Assembly: GCA_045113775.1 (NCBI GenBank)
Contig: JBGUJH010000018.1
Coordinates: 6,034-70,033 of the forward strand
DNA length: 64,000 bases
Source of the DNA: Lachnospiraceae bacterium
GTDB lineage: Bacteria; Bacillota; Clostridia; Lachnospirales; Lachnospiraceae
Direction of reading: 5' to 3'
Positions 18,699 to 28,811 of this stretch are shown in pieces; position 1 is the stretch's first letter, and the number at the start of each line of letters is the position of its first letter. The notes under the pieces were generated by a model that was given only the letters and a program-made list of their open reading frames with translations, made no database searches and was not told the origin of the DNA. Both the position numbers and the translations under genes were made by a program.

Positions 18699-20240
18699 AT
18701 GAGTCTTCCTGTAGTTAAGCGCGATGAGAGAGGTATTGCCACACTGTATGTACACGATAAGCCCTTCTTCATGAGAAGCGGAGAGATCCACAATTCCAGC
18801 GCATCCGATGCGGCTTTTCTTGAGGAGAGCCTCTGGCCTGCTCTGCGCGGCCTGAACATGAATTCCGTGATCGCGCCCCTCTATTGGGAACTGATTGAGC
18901 CGGAAGAAGGAACCTATGATTTCACCCTGCTCGAGAAAATGATAGAATCCGCGAGACGCGAAGGGTTGAAGCTCTGCTTCCTCTGGTTCGGCCTCTGGAA
19001 AAACGCGGAATCCTTCTACGTTCCTTTCTGGATGAAGAAAGATACCGAGACCTACTTCCGCACCGAGAAGGTCACGGGAGAGAAGATGAATACCATTTCT
19101 CCTCTGTGCGCTGCAGCTGTGGAAAAAGACAGAAAGGCCTTTTCTGCCATAATGCGCCGCATCCGTGAGATTGATGCAGAAGAGAACACTGTGATCGTCA
19201 TGCAGGTGGAGAATGAGATCGGTCTCCTCGGATCAGACAGAGATTACAGCGAGACAGCTAACACCGCATTTGCAGCTCCTATACCTGAAGCTCTGGCGAA
19301 AGCTGTTCAGAAGAGCGGCACATGGGAAGAGGTATACGGAGAGGACGCGGGTGAAGCGTTCATGGCTTGGTATTTTGCCTCCGCAGTGGAGACGATCGCT
19401 TCTTCCGGCAAGGCAGAGTACGATCTTCCCTGCTACGCCAATGCATGGCTGAGACAGAGCCCCTGGTTCCCCGGCTCCTATCCGTCCGGCGGACCTGTGG
19501 AGAGAGTGCAGCACATCTGGCGCGCGGCGGCTCCTTCTCTGTTCGCATTCGGCCCTGACATTTATGTCCCTTACTGCGCGGATGTAATGGATTCCTATGC
19601 AACTGACGAGAATCCGCTTTTCATCCCTGAGATCAGGAAGGACGCGGTCGCATCCTCCTATGCCCTGTACGCATTCGGACAGAAGAACGCGATCTGCTTC
19701 TCTCCTTTCGGAATCGAAGATCTCGCGCTCAGCCCGGAGCAGCTGGACAAGCCTCCGATGGAGCTCATGATCGCTCTGAACATTGATCCTTCCGCATTCG
19801 ATATCACAGGAAGCAAGGACTGCCTGTCGGCAACTTATGATCTGCTTAAACAGTTAGAGCCGCTGATGCTGAAGTATCGCGGGACGAAGAACCAGCAGGC
19901 CTGCGTCCGTCACGGCGAGACCGACTACAGTGCATTTATGCGTTTCTCCAAGTGCGATCTGGCTGTTTCCTATGGCCCTCGCATGAGCGCAAAGCCTCTG
20001 GGCGCCTGCCTTGCATTCGAGCTGACACCTGAGAAATTCCTTCTGGTCGGCCTCAACTGCACGCCGGCTTTCCACAATAAGCCCGGCGTAAATAAGAAAC
20101 TCGACATGCTGCGCCTGGAAGAAGGCCGCGTAGTAAACGGCGAGTGGGTAAGCGGCCGCGTGCTCAACGGCGATGAGAAGATGAATCTTCGTTTCGGTGA
20201 TATGCCGAGCGCGATGATGGTGGAGCTGTATCAATATTGA
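18699..20240 (+). CDS. GH35-like beta-galactosidase with DUF5597-type C-terminus
   Basis: GEIHNSS, WELIEPEEG.YDF, LWFG.WKN, QVENE, YPSGGP, PDIY, NPLFIPE, FSPFGIE, LNGDE. Confidence 0.8.
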   Translation: MSLPVVKRDERGIATLYVHDKPFFMRSGEIHNSSASDAAFLEESLWPALRGLNMNSVIAPLYWELIEPEEGTYDFTLLEKMIESARREGLKLCFLWFGLWKNAESFYVPFWMKKDTETYFRTEKVTGEKMNTISPLCAAAVEKDRKAFSAIMRRIREIDAEENTVIVMQVENEIGLLGSDRDYSETANTAFAAPIPEALAKAVQKSGTWEEVYGEDAGEAFMAWYFASAVETIASSGKAEYDLPCYANAWLRQSPWFPGSYPSGGPVERVQHIWRAAAPSLFAFGPDIYVPYCADVMDSYATDENPLFIPEIRKDAVASSYALYAFGQKNAICFSPFGIEDLALSPEQLDKPPMELMIALNIDPSAFDITGSKDCLSATYDLLKQLEPLMLKYRGTKNQQACVRHGETDYSAFMRFSKCDLAVSYGPRMSAKPLGACLAFELTPEKFLLVGLNCTPAFHNKPGVNKKLDMLRLEEGRVVNGEWVSGRVLNGDEKMNLRFGDMPSAMMVELYQY

Positions 20241-20278
20241 TTGTCTCGCATGAGGCGTAACAGATAGCGAAGCGAATC

Positions 20279-20331
20279 AAAAGAGAACCGAAGGATGTGT
20301 TCGATCATTACACAATCGGCGGTTCTCTTTC
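20279..20331 (+). terminator. Intrinsic terminator
   Basis: aaagagaaccg...cggttctcttt. Confidence 0.6.
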
Positions 20332-20356
20332 TTATTCGTTTCATTCTGATCAAAGA

Positions 20357-20383
20357 TGCAACAGATGAAAGGTGTCCGTTGCG
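20357..20383. promoter_or_regulatory. Putative operator dyad
   Basis: TGCAAC-N15-GTTGCG upstream of regulator copy 3. Confidence 0.55.
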
Positions 20384-20521
20384 CACACTCACACAAATGT
20401 TTACCAATTTGCACAGAATGTAAGTAATAGGGGAACAACGGAAAAGTAATCGGAATGGGGTGAGAATAGAATATAGAAGTGGGATGCTGCATATTTGGGA
20501 CATAGTCTAGTGAGGGTTACA

Positions 20522-22921
20522 ATGGGATTGAATCATCTGGAATACAAAATAGTAAAGGCCGGTTCTGAAGAAAGCTTTATGCAGACGGATCTGATCGTGC
20601 TCTATGTTTTGGAAGGCGAGATGAGCGTGAGATATTACGGTGATAAGATCCGTATGAAAAAGGATGACATCCTTCTGATCAATTCCGGCATGGAATACGG
20701 AATCTGCGGGATCAGGGACGCGATTTACGGTACAGCGTCATATTCCATCGGGATCATTTCGCAGATCATGGATAAAAAGAGCCTGATGCTGTATGCGGAC
20801 TCTGCCAGAGACGTCCTTCATACCTATCAGGACCTTCGGGATATTCTGCAGGAGATGACTGCGGAGTATATTTTGCATGCGCATCAGACGCGTGCGGCAA
20901 TGGACAGCCTGATGCTGCGGCTTTTGGACTGCCTGATCGAGAATTACCAACTCGGGCAGGGGCAGATCGAGGCGGACGAGAACGACACGGACGCGCGTAT
21001 GCGGCAGATGATGCAGTACATCATCAATCATATTCACGATGAGATCAGCCTTTCCGACCTCGCCAACGAGATGTTTGTTTCCACGTCGACCCTGTCCAGG
21101 ATCTTCAAGAAGAGCACGGGCATGTATTTCGCGGATTATGTGATGCGCCTTCGCGTCCGCACTTCGCTGGGACTTCTTCGCACATCGGAGCAGAACCTGA
21201 CGCAGATCGCCATGAACTGCGGGTTTTCGACGTCGGCGGCCTTCAACCGCTCTTTCAAAAAAGTGACCGGCATGATGCCGTCCGAATACAGGAAAGAGCA
21301 TCAGGTCTCAGTGGAGAGCGAGGAGCAGGAGACTAAGGACGAACTGGAGATCAGGGAGGAGCTGCGCAAAAAGGGCTACCAGTACAGCCGGCAGGACAAT
21401 CGGAAGGAATATGATCTGAACCTGAGTGAGCTCAGCCCCGCATCCTATAAACAGGTCTGGAGCCAGTGCATCAATGTAGGAAGCCTTTACGAACTGAGCC
21501 GGGCCAACACGCAGTTTCACGTTGTGTACCTGCAGGAGCACCTGCACTACAAATATATAAGACTTTGGAATGTTTTTTCCGAGAAGATGATGGTCTCGGA
21601 CGGACGGACACTTGGACAATACAATTTTGACCTGATCAACCAGGTGCTGGATTTTATGGTGGTGCATCACCTGAAGCCGTTCCTGGATCTGGGGAGAAGG
21701 CCCGACACGGCGATCCGCTCACAGGGGAAAGAGATCTATTACAAAGAGGAGTACATTCACTTTGCTTCCAAGGAGATCTGGAGAGATATACTGCGCGCGT
21801 TTTTGGACAATGTGGTCAGCAGGTACGGAATCGAAGAGGTCACAGGATGGATCTTTGAGCTCACGCGGGACTTCCACACAGAAGAGAATAAGATCTACGA
21901 AGACGAACAATATGATTTCTTTGATGTATGGAAGATCGCGCACAGTGCGGTCCGTGAGAAAGTTCCGGGCGCCTTGTTCGGCGGAATCTCGACAGCCATT
22001 CAGACAGACCGCGAATTTGCAGTTAATCTTTTTAAGAGATGTGTAAAGGAAAACTACCTTCCTGACTTTGTGTCCTTTTTCCTCTATCCCTACGAGCACA
22101 TGAAAGGCACACAGGGAGAGAATATGCAGAGAGTCGCCACGGCCAACAAGCGGTTTGAGCAGGAAAAGGTCCTGCAGATGAAGGCGCTGATGAAGGAAGT
22201 GGGGCTGGAAGACTGCAAACTGTTCCTTTCGGAGTGGAACAATTCGATCGGAAACAGGAACTACTTAAACGACAGCTGTTTCAGGGCGGCTTATCTGACC
22301 GCGAAGACCGCGGAGCTGTGGGGTATGGCCGATATGATGGTTACCATGGGCGGAACGGACTGGGTCAGCAGCTACATTGACACCAATAAGGTCCTCAACG
22401 GAGGCGTTGGACTCCTGACAAAGGACACGATAGGGAAACCTGCTTTCTATGCGTTCTCGTTCCTGGAACATATGGGAACCCAGTTCCTGTCAAAAGGGGA
22501 CCACTATCTTTTGACCAAAAAAGGGAACGGGGATCTGTACCTCCTGTGTCACAACTTCTGCTGGTTCCGGCAGAATGGGCTTGTGAACGGCGATGAGGTC
22601 GACCTGGACAGGATCCGTCAGATCCGCTATGACGACGAGCGAAAGCTGGAGATGAAATTCCTGCTCAGAGGCATGGCGGAGAAAGGGGAATACACGGTCA
22701 AGAAGCGGTCTCTCAACAAGCAGAGCGGAAGTGTCCTGGATGAGTGGGGCAGGCTCGGATACGAGACGAAGCTGAACCGCGAAGATGTCAAATACCTGCA
22801 GGCGATCAGTGTGCCGCGGATCGAGATGGAGAGAGTGGCGACGGATGCGTACAGGGATTTGGAGATCAAGATAAAGCTTGAGCCGCAGGAAGTAGTGCTG
22901 CTTCATATCTACAAAGTTTGA
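20522..22921 (+). CDS. AraC-family regulator fused to GH39-like domain, copy 3
   Basis: AraC HTH (STLSRIFKK...CGFSTSAAFNRSFKK); GH39-like domain sharing NRNYLNDSCFRAA and GTDWVSSY with copy 1; start at ATG after gaggg. Confidence 0.85.
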   Translation: MGLNHLEYKIVKAGSEESFMQTDLIVLYVLEGEMSVRYYGDKIRMKKDDILLINSGMEYGICGIRDAIYGTASYSIGIISQIMDKKSLMLYADSARDVLHTYQDLRDILQEMTAEYILHAHQTRAAMDSLMLRLLDCLIENYQLGQGQIEADENDTDARMRQMMQYIINHIHDEISLSDLANEMFVSTSTLSRIFKKSTGMYFADYVMRLRVRTSLGLLRTSEQNLTQIAMNCGFSTSAAFNRSFKKVTGMMPSEYRKEHQVSVESEEQETKDELEIREELRKKGYQYSRQDNRKEYDLNLSELSPASYKQVWSQCINVGSLYELSRANTQFHVVYLQEHLHYKYIRLWNVFSEKMMVSDGRTLGQYNFDLINQVLDFMVVHHLKPFLDLGRRPDTAIRSQGKEIYYKEEYIHFASKEIWRDILRAFLDNVVSRYGIEEVTGWIFELTRDFHTEENKIYEDEQYDFFDVWKIAHSAVREKVPGALFGGISTAIQTDREFAVNLFKRCVKENYLPDFVSFFLYPYEHMKGTQGENMQRVATANKRFEQEKVLQMKALMKEVGLEDCKLFLSEWNNSIGNRNYLNDSCFRAAYLTAKTAELWGMADMMVTMGGTDWVSSYIDTNKVLNGGVGLLTKDTIGKPAFYAFSFLEHMGTQFLSKGDHYLLTKKGNGDLYLLCHNFCWFRQNGLVNGDEVDLDRIRQIRYDDERKLEMKFLLRGMAEKGEYTVKKRSLNKQSGSVLDEWGRLGYETKLNREDVKYLQAISVPRIEMERVATDAYRDLEIKIKLEPQEVVLLHIYKV

Positions 22922-22947
22922 CAATCAGCGTTCTCCATATAACCGGC

Positions 22948-22974
22948 TGCAACAAAGGATTGATATTTGTTGCA
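22948..22974. promoter_or_regulatory. Putative operator dyad
   Basis: TGCAAC-N15-GTTGCA upstream of GH3/GH43 operon. Confidence 0.65.
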
Positions 22975-23125
22975 GCCTGTTTCTTTTTGCCTGTAAATCG
23001 GGATGGCTGTTGCAAGCTGTGGCGGATCTTCCGTAACCGATGAAAAGAATAATGGGTTTCTGCTCTATAAAATGTAATATGTAGGAACAATTCGCAATTA
23101 ATGAAGTGTATGGGGGTGGATTCAT

Positions 23126-25327
23126 ATGAAATTGACCAGAGAACAGCAGGCGAAAGTGGAATCTATTCTGTCTCAGATGACCCTGGAGGAAAAAATCGGG
23201 CAGATGAATCAGGAGTCTCCGTCTATTGTCGGAGGTTTTGATGTTCCGTTCTCGGAGCTCATTGAAATGCTCACGGACGGAAGGCTTGCCCAGGAGGAAT
23301 TTGAGCGCCTTATGTCTACAGCCAAGCAGGATTTTCATGAGGAGGAGATCCGCGCAGGGCTGGTAGGATCCGTAATGGGCAACGACCCGAGAAAAGCAAA
23401 CGAACTGCAGAAGATCGCTGTCGAAGAGACGAGGCTGGGAATTCCGCTGATCATAGGATTTGATGTTATTCACGGACTTCGCAGCGTATTTCCGATCGCG
23501 ATCGCTGAGGCGGGATCCTTTGACGACGCTCTGTTTGAAGAGACAGCCCGCATGGCGGCAAAAGAGTCCAGGGCCCACGGCATCAGCTGGAATTTCGCCC
23601 CCATGATCGACGTGGCGCGTGATTCGCGCTGGGGCAGGGTTTCCGAAGGGCCCGGCGAAGACACATATCTGGGAAGCCGCTTCGCCCGCGCCAAGATCCG
23701 CGGACTGCAGGGAGATACATCTTCGACAGAGAATTATGTGGCGGCCTGCACCAAGCACTATATCTGCTACGGTGCCTGCGAAGGCGGAAGAGACTATAAC
23801 ACGACGTCAATGGCGACGTCGCAGCTGTACAATGTTTACCTGCCGACTTTCCGCGCGGCTATGGAAGAAGGCGCCGCAACTGCGATGGCAGCTTTCAACG
23901 ATCTTAACGGTGTGCCCTGCACAGTGAATAAATATCTGCTGCGCGACGTCCTCAAGGGGGAACTGGGACTTGAAGGTTTTGTCGTCAGCGACGCGAACGC
24001 GATCAAGGAATGTGTGATCCACGGAATTGCGGCAGACGATGCAGACGCCGGCGTACAGGCGGCGATCGCGGGAATGGACATGGATATGGGAACCCATATC
24101 TATAAGGATCACCTGAAGGCGGCTGTGGAGAGCGGAAAAGTCTCTGTGGAAGTCATCGATGAGGCAGTCCGCAGGATCCTGAGCGTCAAGGTATGGCTCG
24201 GTCTCTTCGAGCACCCCTATGTGCCGGAAGAAGTGATCGAGGCCTATGAGAAGGGCATTCCCGCCGAGCATGCGGCGCTCGCGCGCAAAGCGGCGGAGGA
24301 GTCGATCGTTCTTCTCAAGAATGAAGATAATATACTGCCTCTTTCTAAGGATAAGAAGATCAGCCTGGTCGGCACTCTTGCAAATTCGGCGGATGAAGTG
24401 ACCGGCGCCTGGGCGATGGGGTGGAAGAAAGAGGATTGCGTCACTATTTTGGACGGATTTAATAATGCAGGCGCAGAAGTTTCCTATTATCCCTGCGGAG
24501 GACCGGCCGGAGACCTCAACGAAGAGGAGATCGCTGCGGCCTGCGCGGACGGCGACGTGATCGTAGCGATCGTAGGTGAGACCACCGCTATGTCCGGAGA
24601 AGCTTCCTCCAAGGCGGACATCACGCTTCCCGGCAGGCAGAGAGAGATGCTCACAAAACTTATGGCGTCGGAAAAACCTGTCGTCACAGTCTTTATGAAC
24701 GGCAGGCCGCTGGCCATGGGATGGGAGGCGGAGCACCTTCCGGTGATGGTCGAAGCGTGGCATCTCGGCATCCAGATGGGAAATGCTGTCGCGAGTGTCC
24801 TGTTCGGAGACAAAGCGCCGAGCGGGAAGCTGTCGTCCTCCTTCCCTTACGTAAACGGCCAGTGCCCGATCTATTACAATCACCCTTCCACAGGAAGGCC
24901 CGCCGGAAAGAGCAAATTCACGTCCAAATATCTGGATGCACCGGCAGAAGCGCTGTTCCCCTTCGGATACGGCCTCAGTTATACGACCTTCGCATATGAC
25001 GGACTTCGCGTGGAGGAGAAGGAAGACCATCTGGAGATCTGCGTGAAGGTCGCCAATACCGGCGAGAGAGCCGGCGTCGAAGTCGCGCAGCTCTATATGC
25101 AGGATGTCGCGGCGAGCCTTGTCCGTCCGGTCAAAGAACTCAAGGGTTACAAGAGAGTGGAGCTTGCGCCCGGAGAAGAGAAAGAAGTATCTTTCGTGCT
25201 CGACAAAAAGGACATGGGCTTTTACGACAATACGGGAAAATATCGCTTAGAGGACGGACTTTTCAGAATCTTCGCGGGAACAAATTCCAGAGATGCGCTT
25301 GATGCGGAGATCACGGTCGCGTTTTGA
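23126..25327 (+). CDS. GH3 beta-glucosidase/xylosidase (BglX-like)
   Basis: MTLEEKIGQM, DVIHG, RWGRVSEG.GED, KHY, VVSDA, SGEA, FPFGYGLSYT, Fn3-like C-terminus. Confidence 0.9.
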   Translation: MKLTREQQAKVESILSQMTLEEKIGQMNQESPSIVGGFDVPFSELIEMLTDGRLAQEEFERLMSTAKQDFHEEEIRAGLVGSVMGNDPRKANELQKIAVEETRLGIPLIIGFDVIHGLRSVFPIAIAEAGSFDDALFEETARMAAKESRAHGISWNFAPMIDVARDSRWGRVSEGPGEDTYLGSRFARAKIRGLQGDTSSTENYVAACTKHYICYGACEGGRDYNTTSMATSQLYNVYLPTFRAAMEEGAATAMAAFNDLNGVPCTVNKYLLRDVLKGELGLEGFVVSDANAIKECVIHGIAADDADAGVQAAIAGMDMDMGTHIYKDHLKAAVESGKVSVEVIDEAVRRILSVKVWLGLFEHPYVPEEVIEAYEKGIPAEHAALARKAAEESIVLLKNEDNILPLSKDKKISLVGTLANSADEVTGAWAMGWKKEDCVTILDGFNNAGAEVSYYPCGGPAGDLNEEEIAAACADGDVIVAIVGETTAMSGEASSKADITLPGRQREMLTKLMASEKPVVTVFMNGRPLAMGWEAEHLPVMVEAWHLGIQMGNAVASVLFGDKAPSGKLSSSFPYVNGQCPIYYNHPSTGRPAGKSKFTSKYLDAPAEALFPFGYGLSYTTFAYDGLRVEEKEDHLEICVKVANTGERAGVEVAQLYMQDVAASLVRPVKELKGYKRVELAPGEEKEVSFVLDKKDMGFYDNTGKYRLEDGLFRIFAGTNSRDALDAEITVAF

Positions 25328-25364
25328 ACCTTGACTTCGATCCGGAGAACAGAAGGAGGTCACA

Positions 25365-26990
25365 GTGAAAAATACAATTAAAAATCCGATCATCCCGGGT
25401 TTTTATCCGGATCCTTCGATCTGCAGGGTGGGAGACGATTATTATCTTGTGTGTTCCAGCTTCGAACTGAGGCCCGGGATCCCGCTCTTCCACAGCAAAG
25501 ACCTTGCAAATTGGGCGCAGCTGTGCTATGTGCTGACGCCTCAGAACGGCTTTTATGTTGAAAAAAATACGGGCAACGGCGGCGTCATGGCCCCCACGAT
25601 CCGCTATTGCAACGGGACTTTCTACATTATAAACTGCAACTTCAGCGACCGCGGCAATTTTATCGTCACAGCCAAGGATCCGGCGGGCCCCTGGTCGGCG
25701 CCGCATTTCCTTGACGATGTGCCCGGAATCGACGCCTCGCTCTTTTTTGACACAGACGGCACCTGCTATATCATGGGCACTGCCAATATCTGGCCTGACG
25801 GAAAAGGCGGGATGCGGCAGGGAATCTGGGCGGCGGAATATGATACTCAGAACTTCCGCCTAATCTCTGAACCCGTTGCTCTGTGGGGAGGCGCTATGGC
25901 GGGCGTCGCTTCACCGGAAGCGCCGCACATCTATCATATCGGGGACTGGTACTATCTTCTGATCGCGGAGGGCGGCACGGAGATGTACCACAGCGCCACA
26001 GTGGCGAGAAGCCGCTCGGCATTGGGTCCCTATGAGGGAGATCCATCCAATCCGATCCTCACGACGCGGCACATGGGCAAAAAAGCGCCGATCCAGAACG
26101 CCGGCCACGCCGATCTGATCGACACCGGAGCCGGTGAGTGGTATGCCGTATTCCTTGCTTCCCGTCTGATCGGCGGCGTCAGTAAGAACCTGGGCAGAGA
26201 GACCTTCATAGTACCTGTTGAGTGGGAAGACGAATGGCCGCTCTTTTCCCCTGAGTCCGGCAAAGTGGAATGGAAGTATTCTCTTCCCGAAGGCCTTGTG
26301 TGGACACCTGTGAAGAAAGATCCGGTGCGCGATGAATTTGACGGTCCACAGTTGAGCATGGACTGGTGTTTCTGGGGAAGCCACGGAGAACAGTTCCCTG
26401 TCCGCACAAAGGAGGGGCTCAGACTTCCGTGCCTGCCTCAGGCTCTTGCGGATCCGCTTCGTCCCATGTCCATGGAAGCGGAGAGACCGGAGAATAATTC
26501 TCTGGCCTTTGTCTGCCGCCGACGCCGGCAGCCCCACTGCCGCTTTTCCTGCAAGATGAGGTTTGCTCCCGTGAATGAGGAGAGCGCCGGAATCGCAGTG
26601 GTACAGGCGATGAACCATCAGTTCCATCTGGAACTTGCCCGTGAAAACAACCGGACTGTCGTACAATTGCTGCAGTATACGGCAGATTATGATCTGCCGC
26701 CGTATATCCCGGGATTCACTTCGACTACGAACAGGAAATTGCTGGCCGGTGCGCCTTTTGACGGCGAAGAGATCGTCCTGGAAATGGAACTCGATGAAAA
26801 TCGCTATGTATTCCGCTGCGGCACACAAGAGAATGATCTCAAAGAGCTTGCCTGCGCGGACGGATCTGTCATCAATCCTGAGAAAGTCGGATGCATGGTG
26901 GGAGAAATGATCGGCATGTACGCAAGCGGTAACGGCATGAATTCGGAGAATAATGCAATGTTTTATTGGTCAGAGTATGAAGACCTCTGA
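25365..26990 (+). CDS. GH43 beta-xylosidase/alpha-L-arabinofuranosidase
   Basis: NPIIPGFYPDPSI, APTIRY, GIDASLF, EAPHIY, AEGGT, GHADL, LGRETF. Confidence 0.9.
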   Translation: MKNTIKNPIIPGFYPDPSICRVGDDYYLVCSSFELRPGIPLFHSKDLANWAQLCYVLTPQNGFYVEKNTGNGGVMAPTIRYCNGTFYIINCNFSDRGNFIVTAKDPAGPWSAPHFLDDVPGIDASLFFDTDGTCYIMGTANIWPDGKGGMRQGIWAAEYDTQNFRLISEPVALWGGAMAGVASPEAPHIYHIGDWYYLLIAEGGTEMYHSATVARSRSALGPYEGDPSNPILTTRHMGKKAPIQNAGHADLIDTGAGEWYAVFLASRLIGGVSKNLGRETFIVPVEWEDEWPLFSPESGKVEWKYSLPEGLVWTPVKKDPVRDEFDGPQLSMDWCFWGSHGEQFPVRTKEGLRLPCLPQALADPLRPMSMEAERPENNSLAFVCRRRRQPHCRFSCKMRFAPVNEESAGIAVVQAMNHQFHLELARENNRTVVQLLQYTADYDLPPYIPGFTSTTNRKLLAGAPFDGEEIVLEMELDENRYVFRCGTQENDLKELACADGSVINPEKVGCMVGEMIGMYASGNGMNSENNAMFYWSEYEDL

Positions 26991-27057
26991 TCGTGTGAAA
27001 CAAATATACTCCATTTTTGCAAAGAAGTGCACAATACGACATCTATTCATTTCGCGC

Positions 27058-27084
27058 CGCAATAATGCTTTTGCCTTTTTTGCA
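27058..27084. promoter_or_regulatory. Putative operator dyad, variant
   Basis: CGCAAT-N15-TTTGCA upstream of transporter 3. Confidence 0.45.
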
Positions 27085-27290
27085 AGGAACGGAAGAGATT
27101 GTGTCAGCTAAATCATATCGGGAAATGCTTTAAAAAGGGATAATTAGAAAAAATGCAGAGTGTCCTGTGTTGTTTCCAAGACAGGGTCCAAGACCCGCAC
27201 AGAGGTATCTGCATTGCGCAAAGGACTTGCCGGCAAAGCATTTATTGCAACGGGGATGTTCGAAGCGCCACTTTAAGGAGGAATGTAATA

Positions 27291-28697
27291 ATGGAAGAAA
27301 ACAAAGCTGCAGTACAGCATGAAAAAGCAAGCCCGAAGCTGTTGGTAGGTTACGGCCTTGGAGAGATCGGCTGCCAGATGAGCTGGTACATGATCAATAA
27401 CTACCTGAACATTTTCTATACGGACGTTGTCGGCCTGACAGGAGCTGCCATTTCCGCAATCGTTCTGATCGCCAGAGTATGGGATGCTATCAATGACCCT
27501 ATGATGGGACAGATCGCGGACCGCACAAACACCCGCTGGGGTAAGTTCCGTCCCTATCTGATGTTTGCTCCGCCTGTACTGGCAATTTTCAATATTTTGA
27601 CCTTTACGGTATTCCCTGTTCAGGGTCTTGCCAAGGTTATTCTCTGCGGACTCTGCTATATCGGCGCAGGTATGGCTTACACGGCTTGCTCCATCGCTTA
27701 TCAGGCACTGCTCAATGTTATCGCAGTTGATTCCAGAGTCCGTCAGCTCCTTGCAACAGCAAGAAGCACAGGCGCTTCCATCATCGGTATCATCCTTTCG
27801 ATGGTCGCTATGCCCATGATCCTTCACTTCAGCTCCGCTGTTAACGCAAACGGAGAGAAGATGGCGGACGGCCACGGCTATTTCGTTGCAACAGTTATTT
27901 TCTCACTGGTCCTGATCCCCATTTTCTGGCTCTGCGCAGCTATTTGTAAAGAGACTTATACAGACCAGCTTCACGGAAACGCTCCCGCTGAGAAAGCTAC
28001 TTTCATTGACAACATGAAGGGCCTGTTCCAGAATGACCAGCTGCTTATGGTCGTTATCGCAACAGTTATCGGTACCATCTGCGTTACCGGCCGTTATGGA
28101 ATCCTTGTTTATCACGTAATCTACGTTGTAGGCGGCCCTCAGTACATCGCCACAATGTTTACAGCTATGACTGTCGGTCAGCTTTGCGGAACACTTACTG
28201 TACCGTGGGGCACCAAGGTATTCGGAAAGCGCAACTACATGATCATCATGAACGTTGTCATGGCAGCAGGCTTTGTCGCTCTGTTCCTCAATCCGACAAA
28301 CAACCCTGTATACCTGATCGGCGCATCCTTCATCGGATCTCTCGGATTCGGCGCTCCTGCTATCTGCTACGGCATGGTCGGCGACTCCCTCGAGTACGGC
28401 GACTGGAAGCTTGGAAAGCGTCAGGAAGGTCTTGCAGCTTCCATGCTGAGCTTCGGCGTTAAGCTGGCAACCGCGATCTGCGCACCTGTTGTCCTGCTTC
28501 TTGAGGCAGTTGGTTATGTTCCCAATGTCGAGCAGGCTGCTTCCACCAAGATGGGCATCAACTTCATGGTCAACATGCTGCCCGCGATCCTCGCACTCGT
28601 ATCCTGCATCCCGCTGATCTGGTACAAGCTTTCTGATAAGCGCGTCTCCGAGATCCGTGCGGAACTTGAGGCAGGCAGACATGCTTGGGATAAATAA
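27291..28697 (+). CDS. GPH-family glycoside:cation symporter 3
   Basis: YGLGEIG, WDAINDPMMG.IADRT..RWGKFRPY; start at ATG after aggagg. Confidence 0.9.
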   Translation: MEENKAAVQHEKASPKLLVGYGLGEIGCQMSWYMINNYLNIFYTDVVGLTGAAISAIVLIARVWDAINDPMMGQIADRTNTRWGKFRPYLMFAPPVLAIFNILTFTVFPVQGLAKVILCGLCYIGAGMAYTACSIAYQALLNVIAVDSRVRQLLATARSTGASIIGIILSMVAMPMILHFSSAVNANGEKMADGHGYFVATVIFSLVLIPIFWLCAAICKETYTDQLHGNAPAEKATFIDNMKGLFQNDQLLMVVIATVIGTICVTGRYGILVYHVIYVVGGPQYIATMFTAMTVGQLCGTLTVPWGTKVFGKRNYMIIMNVVMAAGFVALFLNPTNNPVYLIGASFIGSLGFGAPAICYGMVGDSLEYGDWKLGKRQEGLAASMLSFGVKLATAICAPVVLLLEAVGYVPNVEQAASTKMGINFMVNMLPAILALVSCIPLIWYKLSDKRVSEIRAELEAGRHAWDK

Positions 28698-28765
28698 GAA
28701 TAGAAACTGATTTTTAACATACTGGACTCATATTTGGGGCAGCTGTATAAGAATCTGAAATGATT

Positions 28766-28796
28766 AAGAGCGGAGTGACCCTCCGCTCTTTTCTTT
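28766..28796 (+). terminator. Hairpin/terminator between transporter and glycosidase
   Basis: aagagcggag-tgacc-ctccgctctttt. Confidence 0.55.
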
Positions 28797-28811
28797 GCAA
28801 AAGAGGTGGTT

